DNA of 64,000 nucleotides from Cyanophora paradoxa CCMP329. Its lineage: Eukaryota > Plantae > Glaucophyta. Under the pieces are notes generated by a model, which saw only the letters and a list, made by a program, of their open reading frames with translations, had not been told where the DNA came from and did not search any database. Of this stretch, positions 56,843 through 64,000 are shown one piece after another. Every line of letters begins with the position of its first letter. The first letter of the stretch is position 1. The stretch spans positions 62,001 to 126,000 of the forward strand of contig QPMI01000546.1 of assembly GCA_004431415.1 (NCBI GenBank). The letters are read 5' to 3'. The position numbers were made by a program, and so were the translations under genes.

Positions 56843-58664
56843 TAGGGCACTGGCCGTCGGGGCTAGACCCTTGCACCGGGGCTGGCCCAAACTCTCAAGT
56901 CCTTGCACCGGGGCTGGCCCTAGCGGCTAGGCGGCTCCGAAATTTCGGCTGGCTTGCCAGCGGCTAGGCCGGACTTGGTGCGCGAGGCGGCTGGCTTGGC
57001 GGCTGGCTTGGCGGCTGGCTTGGCCCGCCGGCCAGCGCCTTCGCGGAAGTTCGCGCGCGCCGCGCGCGCCGGCCTAGCTATCATAGTATAGCCTGCTGCC
57101 TGCATGGCGCCCCGCGGGCCCCGGCTCATGCAGCGCTCATGATCGATATCATATATATATATATATGCATCAGCTGCAGATCACAATTACGAGCTAACAA
57201 GAGGCTCCTCGGCCTCAAGCTCCACTACCTCTAGATCTGCGTCCTGCAGCTGGCCCTGGGACTCAGCTGCCATGCGATCTGCCTGCTCAACGGTCTCACG
57301 CAGCTCCTGAACGGAATACAGCTGGGGGAAAATCTCTACGTCTCCGAAGCGAGCTGCCTCATGCAGGAAAAGATAGGCCTCGCACGTCTCCGGCTTAAGG
57401 GTGGAGCGCCAAGCGGAAATGAGCTGGCCTGAGTGCGAAAAGCAGCACTCGCTAGCTGTGGAGCTGCCGGCAATCGGCCCAAACTTAAGGAAAAGGCGGG
57501 CGGGGACGGGGAAGCGCCGCCGGATCTCGGCGTCCTGCCAGAAGGTAAGGGGGTCCGAGGTCGCCTTCGCCCGCTTGAAGGCCGATATAAAATGAATTCG
57601 CACACACCGAGACAAATGGCTAGAGATATAACTGAGGTGTCCATCTGTGTCAAGTCGAGAGATGAGCCGCTTGAAGGCCGAGCCCAGCTCCTGCAGAGCG
57701 GTCACTGCATGAAATATAAACAGTCAGGTGCAGATTGTACCTTTGAGGACCCGGTGAACCAGAGGTTCATGTTGTCCTCCACGGCCTGATCCGTCAGGTC
57801 GTTCGTGGGGACGCGGCGGCCCGGGGCCCCCGGCGCCCCGCGGCCGTCCTCCTCGTCGCTGCTGACGTAGATCTCGTCCAGCGTCGAGTCGATGACGCCC
57901 TTCTCGCGGGACTCCTCCGCCCCACCGGCGGGGGCGTTGCCGCCGCCCGCCGCCGCCGCCGCCAACGCCGCCGCCTCGGCGGCCATCACGCGCGCCTCCG
58001 CCTTGGCGATCTCGATGAGGTTGGCCCGGAGCTGCTCAACTTTGCTGCTCAGCCGGGCCTCCCACTCATCGTCGCTGTAGGGCACGAACGGGCCCAGCTC
58101 GGCGGCTTCGCGGGCGGCTCGCGCGTATTGCCCACCTTCGCCTTCTTCGCAACGGACTCGGCGGGCCGCGAGGCATCGCCGCTGCTGGACGAGGCGCCGC
58201 CTTCGCTGGACGCCGACACCGCAAAACGGCGGCCGGCTAAGAAGTTGAGCATCTTCTCCTGCGTCGGCTTCGACTGCACTTTGGCCTTGCCGCTGGGGGC
58301 TGCCGACGCTGCCTTCCCGCGCCCGCTCATGGCGTCCGCGCTCTAGATCTAGATCTGCCTTCGAAGTTTGAATTCGAATTCGAACTCCCGCGCTGCCGTA
58401 CGTATACGTATACGCATGGCATAGCGTATACGTAGAGCGCCGTAGACAGTAGACTGCTGCAAGTGGTACGTAGTACGTACCTGGCACTGCGGCAGCCTCT
58501 GAGAGGTACGGCTGGTACGGCTGGCTGGCTCTTTGGCTGGCAAGCCGCCGGAAACCGGCCAGGTCCCCTTGGCTGGCAAGCCGGGGTTTCGGCTGCCTAG
58601 CCCGTCGCCCCCCGGCCCAAACTGGCCGGCTAGCTAGCCGGCTTGGCCGCCGGCCAGTGCCCTA
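56843..58664 (-). mobile_element. Internally deleted hAT transposon (1822 bp)
   Basis: TIR TAGGGCACTGGCCG; 8-bp TSD GTCACGCC (56835-56842 and 58665-58672); subterminal GGCT-rich repeats. Confidence 0.92.
57187..58330 (-). pseudogene. Truncated hAT transposase: N-terminus plus C-terminal dimerisation domain
   Basis: DPLTFWQ...RFP...GPIAGSSTASECCFSHSG.LIS..RSTLKPETCEAYLFLH; no BED finger or RNase H-like core visible. Confidence 0.85.
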
Positions 58665-58724
58665 GTCACGCCGGCGGTCGGCGGCGGACCGTCGGACCGA
58701 CTCGGACGCGTACGGTCAGTGGGT

Positions 58725-59229
58725 TAGGCTTGCGAGTCGTTGCGACTAGCTCGGAGCCCCCCCGGCTCTAGTCAAGTCAAGCCGCCCGGACTCCTGGCTC
58801 TAGCCGCTAGCTAGTTTGGCTAGCGGAGGCGCCTTTGGCGCCTAACTAGCCGGCTAGCTAGTTTCGGGCTTCTCCCCCCCCCTCTAGCCGCCTCTAGTCC
58901 CGCGAAAAGCACGTCAATCGTGTTGTTGAACGCGAAAACATGCTCGCAATCACCTTAACATCACCTTGACACTCTTTTGAGGCTTCAAATCACAAGTTTT
59001 ACACTCTTTCCTAGCCAATTTTCCCCCTTTCTGTACCCCTTCTGAGGGGTAGCCCCCCTCCTGGGGGCCCGGCTGGCCGCCGGCTGGCCAGTCGCGATCG
59101 GCTAGCCTGATGGCCCGCTAGTCGGGCTGGCCAGCCGACTAGCGTTCCCAAGAGGGCGGCTAGAGTCGCGGGCCGAGGGCCGCTAGTCAAGCCGGCTAGC
59201 TAGTCGGCTTGACTAGAGCCGCAAGCCTA
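58725..59229. mobile_element. hAT-type MITE
   Basis: TIR TAGGCTTGCG / CGCAAGCCTA; 8-bp TSD CAGTGGGT (58717-58724 and 59230-59237); CTAG-rich subterminal repeats. Confidence 0.87.
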
Positions 59230-60450
59230 CAGTGGGTCACCGCCAAGTTATAATTAATTAACGTTGCCAAAAAAGTTGGCGCCAACTCATCGCCGAGTCA
59301 CCGGCCGCCGGGCTACCGTCGGACGGACTCGGACCAACCGTTGAACGGGGCACGCGCAAGCGGCGCAACTGAAATCTCCGCCTCCGATCGAACCTCCGTG
59401 ATCATGATTCATCATTCATGCCCCGTTCAACCTCAAAATCGATTGATCATGACGTCGCGATCGCGATAGGCCTGATGCTTGACCCCCCCCGGCTTCAAGC
59501 CAAGCCAAGCCAAATTTTGGCCTTCCGGAGTCAAGCCAAGCCAAGCACCCCAGCCGGCCGGCTCAAATGCTTGGCCCCTCGGCTAGGTCAAATATTTGTC
59601 AAATGCTTGAGGGGGGGTACCCCATGTACGCCCCTCTTTTTCTCTTCCCTAAGGCGCGCGCTAGCTAGCTACGCACGTACGTGTACGATCTTGCTCAAAT
59701 TGTTCAGTGAAACATAAACAACTAAGTCGTATACGATCTTGCTCAAATTGTTCACTGAGTCGGTGAAACTTCCGCTGGCGCGCGTGCTCCGCCAGGATGA
59801 TCCGCCTGATCGTCCCGCGATATCGATCGATATCCGTCGGACGATAGCTTCTGCGGCCGAGTGAGCGGGCGTCGCGCGCGCGCGCGCGGGCCGGGCGGGC
59901 CGCCGGGCGCGGGGGCCGGGCGCACGGGTTCAGGGCCAAGGCCCAGCGCTAGCCGCGCATCCAGTGCGCGCTTCGCCGGCGCCAGGTTATCTTCATGATC
60001 ATCCGAGAGCGGCTTCACGGCCTCAAAGGCTGGGCCGAGCGTCGCCTGCCCATGCCGCGTGCTGAGCCGCTGAGCGGATTCGCCATCTCGAGTCTGTCGG
60101 CGCTCGAGCTCCGAGTCCCGACTTGCATGATGTTGCATCAAAAACAGTCGCAAAGCCGAATCCGGATTCGCGCGTTATGACTCCCCACGCCGAATCCTTC
60201 GGAACATTTTTTGAATCGGAAGTACTCAGTACGGATGACTGTTCAACGGTTCGACCCAGGAGCTTACTTTTCCTAATCGTTCAAGTTACCGTTGACGTCG
60301 ATCGCGACTTGTCGTCGTTCGTAACGTCATCGAATCGTAAGTTGTCGATGAACGATGGATGAATTGTCACATGTATACGTACAGACTGACGGTATAAACA
60401 TTCCTGCCCTTGGGGCAGTGCAGCCTCGGGTCACTGGGGTGGCGCCGGCT

Positions 60451-60778
60451 TGAAGGCTATAGACTGAGAGCTAGCAGGCTATATCGCTAGCCGCTACTAG
60501 GCTACAAAGCTGGCAGGCCAGCCGCACTGCGGCAGGCAGGCCTACCCTGGCGCAGCCTTATAATTCTATACTATGAATCTATGATAGCAATTGCTGGCCA
60601 ACAGGTTCGGCTCACCGAACCTTTGGAAGTTACCGGGTACATAAATTGATTGATCTTGAAGGCCATAAAGCTAGAAGGCTATATAGCTAGCCGGTAGTAG
60701 CCGCTACAAAGCTAGCAGGCCAGCCGCAGGCAGGCCTACGTACCCTGGCGCAGACTTATATATAATTCTATAGCTATT
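60451..60778. repeat. Degenerate ~120-bp direct repeat pair (60451-60575 and 60657-60778)
   Basis: Shared tgaaggc.ata...ggctatat.gctagccg...gctacaaagct.gcaggccagccgca...taccctggcgcag.cttata. Confidence 0.7.
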
Positions 60779-61663
60779 ACTGGTCGTTCAGGGAGGAGGG
60801 AGCTCGAAACGGGTACCGGTCCACGTCGAACGACTGTTTTACACGGTCGTTCGCAGAGGAGGGTACAGTATACATGGTTATTATAACTTGTTTAATTTAT
60901 TTATTATCTGGTTATTGTATATATCTAACGTATATATATAACTAGTATATATAAGGTTATTCAGCGAATTTTCATTAATTATATATATGCTATATATATA
61001 GAGTTTAATACTTTAATTATTATGTTATTTAATTTATTTACAATTGATTGTAAACCATTGCCAATGACTTGGAAGGCCGATTGTTAAATCGGCAAACCGT
61101 TGCGATTGCGATTGACAATGAAGCATTGTTAACCGGCGACAGACAACATGACCGTGAAAAGAGAAGCCTCTTGGTCACCCACCGACCAGGTGACCCGAGG
61201 CTGACAGTGCACAGGGAAGATCTAGCGATGCAATTGAATAGAGAATCTCTATGCGAGCATGCTCGCAGCGCTACGGGAGGCGGGCACGCAGTGCCACGCA
61301 CTGCAGGCGTTGGCGTTGGCTGGTACCGGTGCGACGAACTTGAAGCAGCTCCTGCGCAAGCGATCGCCGGTCAGTGTTTTGATTAGAAGTTTTAAGTTTT
61401 AACAACCAGAAACATGAAGCGCAACTTCCTGCTCCCATTTTTTAATCATGATCATGACTATCTTGTGAGATGATATCGATCCGGTGTGAGTCGGTCCAGT
61501 CGGACCGTGTGACTTTGTTTCTTCCGAAAGTTCGTGCACGCGCTAGGCTACGCCGGACTACTAGGCTACTAGGCTACGCTCATGATCATGATCAGGACGG
61601 CGTCGTCACGGCGAAAGCTAGGCTAGCGCTGGAGCCGGACCTTCAAATTTTCTGGATCCCGAA

Positions 61664-61747
61664 TTCGAATCTTCTGAACACGCATCAAACGTAGGCTGCA
61701 ACATATTCGAATCTTCTGAACACGCATCAAACGTAGGCTGCAACATA
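61664..61747. repeat. 42-bp perfect tandem duplication
   Basis: ttcgaatcttctgaacacgcatcaaacgtaggctgcaacata occurs twice. Confidence 0.9.
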
Positions 61748-62432
61748 AACGTATACCTAGCAGCTAGCGCTAGCATGGCCAGCACTCTCTCCGTCTTGTT
61801 GTTCCGCTTGCTTGTACATGTCTGCTTCCTGTGATTCATCTTTCAAGTTTCTCACTTCCGAGTTCCGAATTCGAAGTTCTGTCCTCCGTCGATTCCGTCG
61901 AGTCGACGTCGACGTCTGCTGTGGCACGTACCATTGGATGTCGATCTTAGCTCTAGCTCTGAAACGTGTCTGTCCTCCTCATAATCTTCTGGTCTCGGAA
62001 CTGGTCTCGCTCGTCCGATCCCGGAGTCCGACGCGTACGTTCTCTCTCTTCGAGTCTTCTTTTGAATTTTGTTGTCGCTTTTTTATTTGGCTCTTCGTCT
62101 TTGGATCGCTATATATCAGTGAGAATTCGCGATGGGATGGGAAAGTGCGAGAATTCGGACGTGTTACGAACACGCGTACGCGTACGCGATTTTAATCAAT
62201 GGCCAATGGCCATGTGCACGTGCATGGCCGCTCGCCCGCGCGCAGCCTGCAGTGCCCTGCACCAGGCTGCATGCACTGATTCTAGTTACGATTATTCTGC
62301 CCTCGCTCAATGCACGTGCACGGTGTGGTTGCAGCTCATTCGCGGAGCGAGCGTCCGACGCAGAACGAAGCACAGCCATTGCGGCCTCGAGATCTCCGAC
62401 TCGAGAGACTCCGAGACGACCCGAGGTCATGA

Positions 62433-64000
62433 TCAGCCCTGGGGCCGGACGGGCACCGCCACGCCGCCCATGCCCCACACGCCGGCGGAGGGGTACGACG
62501 CGCCCGAGTACGCTCCGCCGTACCCGTAGCGGATCTGCTCCTCCACGCCCGGCATCGCCGCTGCGGACCCCGGCACCACCCATCAGCGACGGGGACGCGA
62601 GGGCGGGCGGGCGGGGCGGGGCGGGGCGGGGCGGGCCCTCGGCCTCGAGGAGGAGGGCGACGAGCTGGAGGATGTGGTGGTCCGTCCCGCTGATGTGCAC
62701 CGTCGGGCTCCGGATCTGCCCGCACCCGTACGCCCCCGTCGCCTCGAGCTCGGAGTGCGGGGGGTGGGGCCGGGCAGGCAAGCCCGGCGCACCTGCCGCT
62801 CGACGAGGCCGTCCACGGCGGTGCGGAGGGCGCCCAGCAGCTGGGCCGTCTCCCAGCTGCACGTGAAGGAGACCCAGGGGTCGGGCCCCACCTGGATCAC
62901 CGCGTTCGCCTGCGCAATCGCGGCGATCACGAGGGAGCGGGGGGGCCGGGCGGGGCGGGGAAGAGGGGGGGAAGGGACCTCGGGGGGGGCGGCGGGGCGC
63001 GGGAGGCAGTAGAGCTGGGCCGGGGCGAAGAGGACGAGCTGCAGCGGCGTCGCCAGCGTGCACGTCCGCAGGAAGACCTGCGGGCGCTCGGTCAGCGGCT
63101 GCGCTCGGCTGTGGCGGGCGGCGTCGCTGGGGCTGGAGCTGGGGCGGGCGGGCCTGGGAGGTGCGGATCTTCTCGTGGAAGACCACCCAGCGGTGCCGCG
63201 CCAGCTCGAAGGCCTGCGCCCCGGCGTCAGGCGAGGGCGAGGGCGAGGGCGAGGGCGAGGAGGCGGGGGCGCGCGCCTCGCGGTCGTTGGCGAGGACGGA
63301 GGAGGGGTGCGGCGCCGCCTTGCAGTTCGCCCCGAAGCCCCGCCCCGTCCAGTCCCGGGTCCGGAACTTGTACCCCCGGCTCCCCTTCGTGCCCCTGCGC
63401 CCGCCTCGGGTCGGGGGGGGAGGGGGGGTACGAGGGGCGGGGATACGACGCACATGGGGGGGAAGATCTCCGCGAGGGAGGGGTACAGGCAGGCGACGAG
63501 GACACCCCGCACGATCGGGACGGACGCGCTGCGGTGATTCTCAGTTCAGACCGCCGACTCAAATGGCGCGAACGGGCGAGAGGACCTGTAGCAGTTCGGG
63601 TCGAACGGCTGCGTCGGCTTCGGGGCCGCCTCCGACTCGGCCTCCTTCGGGGCGAGGCGCGCATCAGGGAGCTACGAGATGGAACGCGTTCGGGCGGGCG
63701 GGCGGGCGGGCCTTCGGGGGCGGGGCGGAGGAGAAGCCGCCGGCGAGGGAGGCGCGGGTGAGGGGCAGGGGCGCCCCCGCCGCGCTCGAGCGGAACCTGC
63801 GCGGTAGCGAGCGTCGGCGTCGGGCCGAGCCCAGGTGGAGAGTTGGTGCAGGCTCTGGTGGCGGGCCGCCGGGCGGGGCGGGGCGGGGCGGGGCGGGCGG
63901 ACCCGATCTCGGCGAGGAGGGACTCGAACTGGAGGCGCAGCGAGGCCATCGAGCGCAGCACCGTGTGCGACAGGAAGTTGCTGCGCGGCGGGGGGACCCG
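62433..64000 (-). CDS. 3' end of a DEAH-box RNA helicase (DHX36/DHX57/DHX29-like; OB-fold region)
   Basis: NFLSHTVLRSMASLRLQFESLLAEIG, VRGVLVACLYP, HPSSVL, WVVFHEKIRTSQVFLRTCTLATPLQLVLF, LRTAVDGLV. Confidence 0.85.

Noticed and set aside
61038-62200. ORFs between the MITE cluster and the helicase 3' end
   Set aside because: No motifs, no host-like codon bias and no consistent splice structure.

Overview
Genomic DNA of a very GC-rich, intron-dense eukaryote (protist or alga; short introns, frequent GC-AG donors, micro-exons). The exact taxon cannot be determined from this window. Host genes recognised: caleosin/peroxygenase, a helicase-associated (HA)-domain protein, ANKRD39-like, TRAPPC12, a RING-finger protein, a C2 plus beta-helix protein, a two-repeat Myb factor and the 3' end of a DEAH-box helicase. 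There are three mobile-DNA zones. (1) A complete Ngaro-like tyrosine-recombinase retrotransposon with split direct repeats (5105-11395). (2) The main finding: a 22.7-kb, AT-richer, intronless endogenous Polinton-like virus (29556-52222). It has ~426-bp TIRs, retrovirus-like TGTTG...CAACA ends and a 6-bp TSD. It encodes protein-primed PolB, rve integrase, A32 ATPase, a jelly-roll major capsid, two penton-like proteins, a patatin lipase, an HNH-AP2 nuclease, and a ~2000-aa phage-tail-fibre-like protein ending in an S74 auto-cleaving chaperone domain. No maturation protease was recognised. The frameshifts examined in it are single-base losses, almost all in homopolymer runs, so it is probably intact. 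It appears to sit inside the Myb gene. (3) A cluster of hAT and Tc1/mariner-type MITEs plus a deleted hAT transposon (55-59 kb). Protein calls come from motif recognition by eye, without database searches, and exon boundaries of host genes are approximate.
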